Part shown: positions 1-11,377 of the stretch, piece after piece
Numbering within the stretch: the first letter of the stretch is position 1
Layout of the letters: each line of letters starts with the position of its first letter
Assembly (NCBI GenBank): GCA_025786725.1
Contig: JAHLTZ010000024.1
Coordinates: 310,001-374,000, forward strand
Reading direction: 5' to 3'
Length of the DNA stretch: 64,000 nucleotides
Origin: Syncephalis fuscata S228
Lineage: Eukaryota; Fungi; Zoopagomycota
Notes under the pieces: model-generated
What the model was told of the DNA's origin: nothing
Seen by the model: only the letters and a program-made list of their open reading frames with translations
Databases searched by the model: none
Program-made: the position numbers and the translations under genes

Positions 1-288
1 ACCAATACAGAGTGTTTCTGAGATGAAAGCAATCTTGGCCTCGGGCGTCACCTCAATACAGAGTTTGCCTATTATTCTGATTAGAATGTTTCGCAGATCA
101 AGCGACATAGATACGCGTCTATGTTGACGTAGATTGACAGCCAGCCAGCTGACAAGTCGTCACCAGCCATATTGGCTCCACTTACCCATACGTACGACCG
201 GACAACTCTTTTTGCACTCTTGCCGACATTTCTTTGGCTTACACTTGTCGGAACTGACAAGTGCAATACGCGTAAGCTTTTCCGCCAT
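1..288 (-). CDS. RLI1: ABCE1/RNase L inhibitor ribosome recycling ATPase, 5' part (runs off window start)
   Basis: Exon 288-186 [39 protein letters not shown] intron 185-69, exon 68-1 [22 protein letters not shown]. This is the conserved N-terminal Fe-S domain of ABCE1. Not in the ORF track. Confidence 0.97.
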
Positions 289-660
289 GCTGTTGTTAGC
301 AGTGATTTAATGACGAGAGGGCAAGAGGATAGAAAAGATCAGAAAAAGATTAGAAAAACTATTTACTTTTATTGTTCTTTATCTGTAGTCAATTTGTGCA
401 AACAATAAAATTGACAATTCTGCGCTATTTATACAACTTGGCTACAAATAGAATGAACACCACACATTCGTATTATTATTACAATGATTACAATTAATGG
501 ATTGACTAACTCGCTATTTATTTACACACACACACGCACCCATGCAGTTACAGTCAGTTGGTGTCAGTCAGCCATCTATCCCTTTTTTGTAGGTAGCCGT
601 TTAACTACTAGCGATCGTATTTTCGTGTTCCATTAAATATTTCTATTTATTCCTATAGCC

Positions 661-2378
661 ATGTCACAACCACCGACCGGACAACGTGATCGTGTCGGTG
701 ATGCCTCGAATCCAGCACGATCTAACCTGCAACCAGCCGGCAGTGGTAACGTGAGTTCTGTAGGTGGCTCGCCGTCACCTACCTTAGGAACAGGATATAC
801 ACAGGAACAGTTGCAGCTACAACAACAGCTGCTAAATCAACGGGCGCAACAACAACGACAGCAATTGATTGCGACGGCTGTTGCTGTTGCCGGTGGACCA
901 GGTAAGCAGTATTGGCCTACAAGTACACAGCATAAACTTGTAGGCTAATCTTATCGCTAAACAACAACAGCACAATACTTATTATTGCTTATATTAACTA
1001 TTAGGCGTCATACCGGCTGGCGTGATGGCAACACCTGGTGCTGTTATCAATATACTCCAGCAAGGTATACTTGCTCTACGGGATCCTATTCTTAATGCCC
1101 AGCAAGTATTGTGTCAATCTAATCTACCGGAGGAAATACGGCAGCAGGCGCGTCGTATTTTCCAAGATAATAAGTTATATTCACAGCTGATGGAGCGTAA
1201 ATTAAGCGATTTACAACGCGTAGCACAGGTGCGTTCTCCAGCACCGCAACCAACACAACCAACGCTACAACAAGCACAACAGAACACATTATCATTGCCG
1301 CCACAAGCAGGTACGGCCACTGGCATTATTGCTGCACCAGGAGGACAATCGCCAAACACTACATTTGCCGCCGCACCACCTAATCCATCAAGTGTAGCAA
1401 ATACTACAGCAAATACACCTAGCGGCGCACCATCAACGAATATTGCGGCCAATACAGCGGCTACCGCTACAACACAACTATCAAAGGCAAAACCTGCTTC
1501 AAAGGGCAAAAAGGCAGCAGCAGCAACAACAACACCAGTTGCACCATTACCTATGACTACTACACCGAATGCATCATCTAAAGCAGGTAAGTTGTATACA
1601 TCACTATGGTTCATAGTGTATTAATTGGTATAGGACGACCTGTGATAAAACCACCAGCTATGTCGATGCAACGTATGGGATCTACAGGCAGCACTGGTGG
1701 TATGATGTCCGCTGGTTTATTGCCATCAAGTCAACCGACAACACCAGGATTAGGTATTAGATCACAAAGTGGCAACGGTATGGCCGGCCACTCGACAACA
1801 ACGGCAGCGACGGTCAATGATGTAGCCAGTGCTAATATGGCATCTATTCTTCCTAAACGAAAGTTACAAGAATTAATGACACAAGTTGATCCCAATGAAC
1901 GATTGGCACCAGAAGTTGAAGATGTAAATAGAGTAGTTTATTAATTAATCAGTAGTATTAATATTATTATCAATAATAATATAGATATTATTAGAGGTAG
2001 CCGATGAATTTATAGAGTCTGTCACAACATTTGCCTGTCGATTGGCAAAACATCGTAAAAGTGATACACTTGAAGTAAAAGATTTACAATTACATTTGGG
2101 TAAGTAGTTAACGATTAATTAATTAAATTTATTAATTGATTTATGGTGTAATAGAACGTAACTGGAATATTCGATTACCAGGATTTGCTGCTGAAGATGC
2201 TCGACCAACAGTTCGTAAACCGGGTGGTATTGATATACATCGTCAAAAATTGGCGGCTATTCATGCTGCTAAACAGCCACGCCGTACAAACACTGCCACT
2301 TCTAATGCCACCAATACAAACACTGCCACTGCTACTAATATAGATAACACAACAGCTGGTGGTGGTGGCAATGCATAA
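661..2378 (+). CDS. TAF12: TFIID/SAGA subunit 12
   Basis: Exons approx. 661-901, 1005-1586, 1634-1923, 1985-2099, 2155-2378. Q-rich N-terminus, then histone fold [75 protein letters not shown]. Confidence 0.96.
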
Positions 2379-2539
2379 TAGCACCTTTTCTAATCGACTG
2401 TGTGTAATATTCATTCTTGGTTATTGGTTAAACTGTACTTTGACTCCCACATCTGTCCCAAAGCACAATTTTTTCAATCAGAGTCATGCCATTATGATGC
2501 ACAACATAGTTATATTACTTTCTATTAAAATATTGTTAA

Positions 2540-3200
2540 TAAATTGATTTAAATAAACAATGTAACATACTATTTGATTTCTTTGAAACATTTGAGATCG
2601 ATTATTATTGTTGCTGGGTATGTGTAGAAAGATTGACTGAATATTAATTGAAGCCATATGATTGCGATTCCATGTCATTCCACATTTGTTGTTGTTATAT
2701 TTATGTACAGCATGGATTATTGTATCTAAATGGCCTCTTCTATTTTTCAACCTTTTACTGTTGTGTTTTGAGCATATTTGCGATGTAAAATACTCATCTA
2801 TGGTGACAAGAAGGTAGAAAGACTAGCGTTTCTGATGTTTACTATTGTCTTGAGCATTCTTGATATCAACTTGGTAGGCGCAGTTTATTTGCCAATCATT
2901 AATGAAACAAATGACCTTCATTATATGCAATAATGATAGGTTGAGTGCCTTCACCAGGAAGAGCTTGTGGTAACCGTTTTAATTAGAATATACGGCATAC
3001 CGTTGAGGCTACTTGAATAGGTGTTGATGTAAAATAAGAGAAATAAAGACTAGGTATTGAATAATGTTATTTATTGATGTTTAAATGCGCGTGTTATTTA
3101 TATTGTTATATTTAACATTATTGTATAGTATATTACTGAGTAAAACGACAAGATAACAATAAGAAAAGACGTTGAAATGAGTAAATAAAAATGTGAGAGT
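2540..3200. repeat. ~650-bp dispersed repeat, copy 1 (others ~8938-9590 direct, ~59870-60513 inverted); contains the Fanzor-like relic
   Basis: Near-identical sequence from aaattgatttaaataaacaatgtaacatac to gacgttgaaatgagt at all three places. Confidence 0.93.
2580..2940 (-). pseudogene. Degenerate TnpB/Fanzor-like RuvC C-terminal fragment, copy 1
   Basis: Minus-strand translation, across frameshifts and a stop: PIIIAY...TAPTKLISRMLK...LLVTIDEYFTSQICSKH...IHAVHKYNNNKCGMTWNRNHMASINI.SIFLH...RSQMFQR. Matches the RuvC-II (IDEY.TSQ.C), zinc-ribbon and RuvC-III (WNRD..A..NI) motif order. Confidence 0.8.
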
Positions 3201-3420
3201 TAAGGTAAAAATGATTTGATTATATAAATATTACGCGCTCAATCCAATGTTTTATTTATATATAGCTATACAACTTTTATTAATGTTCAATAAATAAAAT
3301 TAATGTGTTTCTCTATTATTGCAATAATGTATAATGTTAGCTGCTTACTCTGATAACTAGTTATTTAACTACTAAAACTTGTTAATTCAGTTTTATTTAC
3401 ATATCTCTGTTTTCTGTACA

Positions 3421-3932
3421 TTATCTCTGTTTAATGTTGCCGTCGTTTTGGTCGTATCAAAATAATCAACTTCTTGGCAAACGCAGCTCAGCCCAGTATA
3501 ATTATAATGATTTACTATAGGTTAGGTTAAACCAGCAGTCTTTGAGTTACCAATTGTTTTCCATTAATTTCTGCTTTGGCCTGGTCCTCTATATTCCATC
3601 TTGCTTAAATTCTTGGCAAGATTGGTTTTAAGAATGTGGACAGAACTTAGGCTTTGGGTGATTACTGGTTGGCATGCAATTATCTTGGTTTAGTGTTGCT
3701 GTCGTTTTGGTCGTATCAAAATAATCAACTTTTGGCAAACGCAGCTCAGCTCAGTATAATTATAATGATTTACTATAGGCTAGGTTAAATTAGCAGTCTT
3801 TAAGTTACCAATTGGTTTCCATTGATTTCTGCTTTGGCCTGTTCCTCTATATTCCATCTTGCTTCTTGGCAATATTGGTTTCAAAAAATGTGGACAAAAC
3901 TTAGGCCTTGAATGATTATCAGTTGATTGCAA
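3421..3932. repeat. Tandem duplication of a ~260-bp unit (3421-3680, 3681-3932)
   Basis: gtcgttttggtcgtatcaaaataatcaact...gcagctcagc...cctctatattccatcttgctt occurs twice, 260 bp apart. Confidence 0.9.
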
Positions 3933-4776
3933 TCCATTGCCATTATGCACTTAAAGTTGCTGATATTCAATTAGAACTTTCTATTGTGTCTATTCTAGTG
4001 TCTGCATATTGTATTGCGCGTAATTTAGCCGATGCAATCTAGTCTACAGCTGAAGCTGATAAAATGACATGTTGGAATGTTCCATTGCTCAAAATGCTGT
4101 GATGCATTATCCTACAAATAGTACTTATTGTATAGTCGATTCCAGGTGTTTCAGATTAGTTGCCATTTGAATGATGGTAGTTGCACAACATGTGGTATAA
4201 TATGCCTGGATGTGATGCATTTGTGAATTCAAAGCAATACTTACTTCATAGCAATAGGCATAGTGTCGAATGAAATGCACGCATGCACCAATCAACACAC
4301 TTTGTAATTTAAAGAATTACAACTGGCTTATGTATGGCAGTAGAAATTGTATAAAAATATTAGTTTAATACATTAAAATTGTTTTTGCATCAGTATTGCG
4401 CGCTATTTTGTATAAATGCAAATATTGAAAACCAAGTCATTCGGTAGAAGCAACAAGAAAGGCATCATTATTATTTTCACATAGCCAAACAATATACTTT
4501 TATCAAATAGTTAGACCGTGCAACAAAAAAATACAGAACAATGTACGTATCTCTATCGCATACGCACTGCTCATCGGAATTGCTGCATCATTTGTGTAAA
4601 TGCCAAGAAAACTGAATCAAAACTGAGCAGATTGAAATCAAGACGGGGAAGCATAATGTCACACCATGAATCTATTGATACACGTGCATCTCAGACTATC
4701 ACCTGGATTGTTTTATTGGTTCATACTAAAAATCAATAGTATATCTTGCATACTACAGTATACTAGTATCTCTACA

Positions 4777-4797
4777 TAGCCATAAGTATAAATAGCC
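4777..4797 (+). promoter_or_regulatory. Putative TATA-containing core promoter shared by the MKLSIAVVC peptide gene family
   Basis: tagccataagTATAAATAgcc. Related motifs precede both paralogs: tagccatagacttaaatagc at 56235-56254 and tagccataagtttaaatagcc on the minus strand at 63150-63170. Confidence 0.55.
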
Positions 4798-4930
4798 ACA
4801 AAATATACACAACCAACTGCGATATCATCATCACACTCTACTTCTTGCTTAACACACACTACTTTCCACTCTATACCAACCACACTCTACTATCTCTTTT
4901 ATTTGTTTGTCTTAACAAATCAATATCACC

Positions 4931-7523
4931 ATGAAGCTTTCCATTGCCGTCGTTTGCACCATTGTCGTGGCTCTTGTGGCCAGTACAGCCATGGTGGATG
5001 CTAATCCAGCCTTAGTCCGTCGTGGTAGTATGTTGCAATAATAATAGATATGCTATAATATCTTGCTTATTAACAGTATTGCTAACTAATGATTGTAATA
5101 GGTTGTAAGTTATATTTTATATTAACTGATTACTCACTAATTATATATTATGTATTGTATTTACCAATAACTTAATGCTGATAGACGGTAAGTGATGTTG
5201 TATATTGATAGATTATACATTAATTTTATATCATGTATTGTATTTATCAATAACTTAATATTAGAGGAATGCAAGTTGTATTATATATTAATTAATTACT
5301 CACTAATTACATGTTATGCACTATGTGTATCAACGACTTAATACTAATAGGCAGTAAGTGATATTGTATACTGATGACCTATACATTAATTCTATATCAT
5401 GTGTTATGTGTATCAACAACTTAATGCCATAGAGGGTAAGGTGTATTGTGTATTAAATGACTATAAACTAATTTTATACCATGCACCGTGTGTATCAATA
5501 ATTTGAAACTAATAGCATGTAAGTTATATTCTATATCGCTTGATAATTGACTAACTGTATATTATGTGTATCTTTGAATTAATATTAATAGGCAGTAAGT
5601 AGTATTTATATTAACTGAATATGCATTAACTGTGTCATGCACCATGTTTCAACGACTTGATATATTAGTGGGTAAGTAGCATTGCATATTAACTGACCAT
5701 GCACTAATTATATATTGTGTTGTATGTATCAACAACTCAACGCCATAGTTGGTAAGTTGTGTTGTAAATGAACTAATTACTTACTAATTATATCCATGTA
5801 CTGTGTATATCAACAACTTAATATTCGTAGTATGTAAGTTGTATTGTCTATTGGCTGACTATGCACTAATTACATGTTATATATTATATCCATCGATAAT
5901 TCAATATAATAGGCAGTAAGTTGTGTTGTATATTAATTGGACTACGTTAACTATACTATTTACTGATTGTATCTATAATTTGAAATAATAGAGGGTAAGT
6001 GATATTGTATATTAGCTGACTATACATTAACTATATTATTCACTGATTGTACCGATTATTTAATACAATAGATCGTAAGTGGTATTGTGTACTAACTGAT
6101 TATATATTAACTATACTATTTACTGATTGTACTGATTATTTAATATTAATAGGCGGTAAGTAATATTATATATTAACTGACTATACATTAACTATACTAT
6201 TTACTAATGGCATTAATTATTTAATATTAACAGGCGGTAAATTACATTATATATTAACTGACTATATATTAACTATACTATTTATTTATTGTGTCAATTA
6301 TTTAATATTAATAGAGCGTAAGTGATATCTTATATTAACTGACTATACATTAACTATGTTATTTATTGCTTATACCAATTATTTAATATTAATAGTTTGT
6401 AAGTAGTATTGTATATTAACTGACTACATTAACCGCTAATTATTGATTGTACCAATTGTTTAATATTAATAGCCAGTAAGTAATATTATATATTAATTGA
6501 ACTACGTTAACTATGTTATTTACTAATTGTATCTGTTATTTGATATAATAGAGGGTAAGTGATATTATATATTAATGAAATATACTATTTACTGATTATA
6601 TTAATTATTTGATATTAATAGAGCGTAAGTGGTATCTTATATTAACTGACTATACATTAACTATGCTATTTACTAATGGTACCAACTATTTGACATTAAT
6701 AGAATGTAAGTAGTATTGTATATTAACTGATTATATATTAACCGCTAATTACTGATTATACCAATTATTTGATATTAATAGGCCGTAAGTGATATTGTAT
6801 ATTCCTTGACTATATATTAATTGCTATTTACTGATTATGCCAATTATTTGATATAATAGAGGGTAAGCGATATTATACATTGATTAACTATATATTAATT
6901 ACTATTTACTGATAATACCAATTGTTTAATATTAATAGGCAGTAAGTGATATTGTATACTAACTAATTATACACTAATTATATATTATGCACTGTATGAA
7001 TCAACAATTTATTAATAGAATGTAAGTAGTATTGTATATGAACTGACTATATATTAATTATGCTATTTACTGATTATATCAATAACTTAATATCAATAGG
7101 CTGTAAGTTGTATTGTATACTAACTGACTATGCATTAACTATATATCATGTATTGTGTTCATCAATAACTTGATATTAATAGACAGTAAGTTATATCGTA
7201 TATTAACTAGTTATTTACTAATCACATGTTATTTAATGTATCCATTAATAACTTAATATTAATAGATCGTAAGTTGTATTGCATGTCAATATAATATGCG
7301 CTAATTTTATATTGTTTACTGCATCCACCAACAACTTAATATTAATAGAATGTGAGTTGTATTGTATGTTAATTGATTACTCACTAATTACATGTTATGC
7401 ACTATGTGTACCAATTATTTAATATTAATAGGCAGTAAGTAGCATTGTATATCGCAAGCTTATACATTAACTATATGATATGTAATATCGTTATTTATAG
7501 AAGCAGATAACCCACAACCATAA
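4931..7523 (+). CDS. Secreted cysteine-rich prepro-peptide (70 aa) encoded by 32 exons, 30 of them micro-exons
   Basis: Exon 1 4931-5027. Micro-exons start at 5102 gtt, 5185 acg, 5265 aggaat, 5351 gca, 5433 agg, 5516 cat, 5592 gca, 5669 tgg, 5749 ttg, 5831 tat, 5913 gca, 5992 agg, 6072 atc, 6153 gcg, 6234 gcg, 6315 agc, 6396 ttt, 6473 cca, 6552 agg, 6622 agc, 6703 aat, 6782 gcc, 6860 agg, 6939 gca, 7019 aat, 7100 gct, 7183 aca, 7266 atc, 7349 aat, 7432 gca. Last exon 7501-7523. Product MKLSIAVVCTIVVALVASTAMVDANPALVRRGSYEECKACMVVCKDRGELSKEQCQGKCYNQCKADNPQP*. Confidence 0.88.
5105..7431 (+). repeat. Degenerate ~80-bp tandem array; each unit is one intron plus one micro-exon
   Basis: Unit consensus GTAAGT-gatattgtatattaactgactatacattaac-...-ttaatattaaTAG-NNN, repeated about 29 times. 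Confidence 0.93.
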
Positions 7524-9866
7524 GGATATCAGCATTGGTACTGCAATCAAGCCATTATTCCAATACACTTTAGGTATATATTTGGTGAAAATCAAGACCA
7601 TTTGACAACTACGCCGTCCAGTCTATCTATATAGCAAGTTTTGGCCAATGCTCCGGTTTATCCAATCTTAATCAATGAAATCATTATTTTATCAACAGCT
7701 TGCATTAGTTGTTTCTATTCAACTGTGCAAGCTTATAGTAATAAACATATGGTTTATCTTAACTATATCTATAATCATGTTCTATTTGCATCTAATGATT
7801 GCCAGTCATTAATAAAATAAGTAAATTAACAAAATGTATATAAATATATCGTGTAAGCTGATAGACATAGATTGGTATGAATAGTAGAAAAGCTATCATT
7901 ATATATAGCCAAATAACAGTATGCTGAAATTAGCATAAATATGTTTTTTAATAAAACATGGCAATAAAGCATAGAATATTATAAAACAAAATAAATAGAC
8001 AAAACGAATGCGTGAATAGTAATAACAAAACTATACTGTATGTAATTGGCCGAGAGTAATGAACGAAATAAATCAAAATCTACTAAAAGAATACAGTTAA
8101 CCATATTTTTTAGCTTTTATTAGTACAGTTTCTACAAGCTACAATATTAATGATATACATGAGCATATAGTATATGTATACAGGATAGATATGTATTATA
8201 TATAATAATAATAATGAATAAATAGTTTAATAGCCAATGACACACCCACCCAGTTCCATTTTCAATAAAACAAATTTTAATTTAATGCGTGGCCATTATA
8301 GCTAGTTAACTGACAAACCACATTATACAAGCAATAGCGCGCTTACTATTGTAAAAAAGTTATTTTTATTTAGTTAATATAATACCATAAGATTTAATAC
8401 AAATCAAGCGGTTTAAATAATCCGCCACAGCACCCTTTTAAGCTTTTTTGCCATATTTTACAACTTTTCTAAATTAGAATATTGGTGCGACTACTGCAAC
8501 ATTTAAGAATAAATGTTACGGGTAGATTGTTTAGTTCATCAATAACAAATGCCATGTTAACGGGTTTATTTTGCATTTCTTCACTCTTGCTTGATACACC
8601 AACTAATTAATTTGAGTTGATCAAAGCAATAATACTTTTATGTAATCAAAATTGTTTAATTGCTAAATCTGATATCTAAAATGCTCTAAATAAACCAGTC
8701 TAATCTTATTTGTTAATTAAATCATTTTTGTTTACATTAATTTTTATTTTGATAGTTGTTTTGTTAATAGTTGGTATTTATTCAATAAAAACGTTTGTTT
8801 TAACATTATTAATACTAATTCTTACAGATATGCTCTTGTATTGTATTTTTAAGCTGTATTTGCCGCCAATATATTGTTAAAAGTCTTTTGGCAAATAAAA
8901 CACGATTAGCATTGCTGTTAATATTGCTACCATTAACTAAATTGATTTAAATAAACAATGTAACATACTATTTGATTTCTTTGAAACATTTGAGGTCGAT
9001 CATTGTTGTTGTTGGGCATGTGTAGAAAGATTGACCAAATATTAATTGAAGCCATATGATTGCGATTCCATGTCATTCCACATTTGTTATTGTTATATTT
9101 ATGTACAGCATGATTATTGTATCTAAATGGCCTCTTCTATTTTTCAACTTTTACTGTTGTGTTTTGAGCATATTTGCGATGTAAAATACTCATCTATGGT
9201 GACAAGAAGGTAGAAAGACTAGCGTTTCTGATGTTTACTATTGTCTTGAGCATTCTTGATATCAACTTGGTAGGCGCAGTTTATTTGCCAATCATTAATG
9301 AAACAAATGCTTTTATATGCAATAATGATAGGTTGGGTGTCTTCACCAGGAAGATCTTGTGGCGAAGACTGTAACCAGAATATATGGCATGCCGTTGAGA
9401 CTACTTGAACAGGTGTTGATGGAAATAAGAGAAATAAAGACTAGGGATTGAATAATGTTATTTATTGATGTTTAAATGCGCGTGTTATTTATATTGTTAT
9501 ATTTAACATTATTGTATATGTATTACTGAGTAAAACGACAAGATAACAATAAGAAAAGACGTTGAAATGAGTCAATAAAAACATTAAGTCAAAGTATAAT
9601 AGTTCCTAATGTTAAATAAATAGATTCATATGATCTAGTATCAAAAGACCAAAATTGACATACTTGATTAAACTACCCATTTGTTGTTATACTAAACATG
9701 GAACTAAATGGTAAGTGACATTAAATATCAAACTATAATTCTTTGAATACTTTACAGCAACAATAATATGGACTAACATTTATTTATTTATTATATTATA
9801 TTGTAAATAGCATGAAATATTATTTGACATTTATTAGCACTAATATAAAATATTGAAAATAGTGCA
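7385..9866. repeat. ~2.4-kb segment duplicated in inverted orientation at ~59645-62070
   Basis: The last micro-exon, last exon, 3' flank and Fanzor relic match the reverse complement of 59645-62070 with few substitutions and small indels. Confidence 0.92.
8978..9332 (-). pseudogene. Degenerate TnpB/Fanzor-like RuvC C-terminal fragment, copy 2
   Basis: Same IDEYFTSQIC and CGMTWNRNHMASINI motifs as copy 1. Confidence 0.78.
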
Positions 9867-10092
9867 GATTAGTTAAAGCTGCTCCAACAAACTCCTTCTC
9901 AGTGGTAAAAACTGAGTAACGGTTTACTATTCAAGTTACAAATCTTCTTGTCCCAGTTTGAAGCTAAGGACACAAAGTACAATAGCTTCTGATACTTAAT
10001 ACACTATTAAATTGCTTAATTATTTCGAGTATCACTTTAACATCAAAACCATCTTCTGTTAATAGCAACTATAGGCAGTTAGTTCTTTATTC

Positions 10093-11208
10093 TTAAGCAC
10101 CATAGCCGCGAATACCCTCGGCAAATCCCCATTCTGTCTTAACCGAGTAAGGTTCGGTAATAGTAACACCAGCAGAGTTAATAGTAGCGCGTTGGAACTA
10201 ATTACAGCATAGCATTTTATTAGCAATACTATACGATCTATGGTAATAAACGCTACCTTGTTAAGTGATCGGGCATCTCGATAGTACAAAACACGCATGC
10301 AGTCATGAATAATCTGAATAGCCTCTTCTTCGGTTACATTCTGTGGTCCACCACGAGATTCTACTGCTTTACGCAATAATGGCTGTGCCAAATGTCCACC
10401 AAATCCAGTAGCAATTGTATCAGATTTATAAGTTGTACCTTGTAGATCAACATAGCCAAGAAAGCTATAGTAATCAATAGAATATGATTAGATCAATGGT
10501 AAATGCCTACAACCACCTTACCTAGCATCATTATGATGTCCAGCCAATACAAATCGATTCCATAATGGATCAAACTTGTTACGACGATGATACATGACAT
10601 TACGTAGATATTCAAACAAATGAGGTGGTGCTAGTTTATGTCCATCATTGTGATAGTCTTCACGAATCCTATATATATATATAGAATTAGTTTATTTAAT
10701 ACAATGCTATATAGTGTATAGACTAGTTACTTACATTAACTGTTCCATCATATGTTGTACATGTTGATAGTCAGATATGTCTCCGGTGGCACCTAGTACA
10801 GCGGTATCTGTTAAGCGATGAAGACGCTCGACATCACGAAAACGAGCGAGTGAACCATACGACGCTATTGAATTCAGTACAAACAACAGTATTATAGCAA
10901 TCAATAGTATTCATTAAAGAGTAGACTTACCAAGATTATCGGCGGCCATCATAACACCATCTTTATACTTGAGAGCAATCACCGATGTACCTGTTACAAT
11001 AGGCGATCTAGTCGTGTGCAAATAGATCGTTATAGATGAGTAACAACTATTATCAAATAGTCGCTTACTGAGTATGTGTGACTGGACCGTGGTCTGGCAT
11101 AGTGATGGCACCAGCGGGTGATGGACCGACCGGTACTACATCTTGTACTCGTGTTGAGTAAGTATCACGACGATAGATGTTGTTTAGAACGTCGGCGGGC
11201 AGATTCAT
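10093..11208 (-). CDS. PRE4: 20S proteasome beta-7 subunit (PSMB4)
   Basis: Multi-exon. THTQSPIVTGTSVIALKYKDGVMMAADNL, SYGSLARFRDVERL, YHRRNKFDPLWN, ATGFGGHLAQPLLR, CMRVLYYRDARSLNK, ending WGFAEGIRGYGA*. Confidence 0.96.
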
Positions 11209-11377
11209 CTTCTTGGCTAGTTGGTTTAGTAACAGTAAAGTAGTAAAAGAGTAAAAGAAATAAAGAAGAATAGAGAGAAATAGATAGAATGGATGACGTA
11301 TACCTGTGTTATAATAGTGACGCTGTTCAATAAATATTTAAAATTAATTAAGTGGTTGTTTATAGTTTACAACTTTA

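Noticed and set aside
1114-1614. Antisense ORFs overlapping real genes (also 15391-15864, 29750-30382, 36095-36568, 53987-54394)
   Set aside because: Shadow frames of low-complexity coding sequence on the opposite strand.
4931-5041. Unspliced 36-aa ORF ending ...RRGSMLQ* as the real product
   Set aside because: It would leave a 5-residue cargo and not explain 30 conserved splice-site pairs; the paralog has a donor at the equivalent phase-1 position.
5105-7431. CRISPR array or plain satellite interpretation of the ~80-bp repeats
   Set aside because: Eukaryotic context with no cas genes. The variable part is only 3 nt and is always bounded by AG and GT splice signals, and the spacers concatenate into a patterned peptide.
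9174-9374. 66-aa plus-strand ORF
   Set aside because: It is the antisense of the Fanzor-like relic and is disrupted in the other repeat copies.
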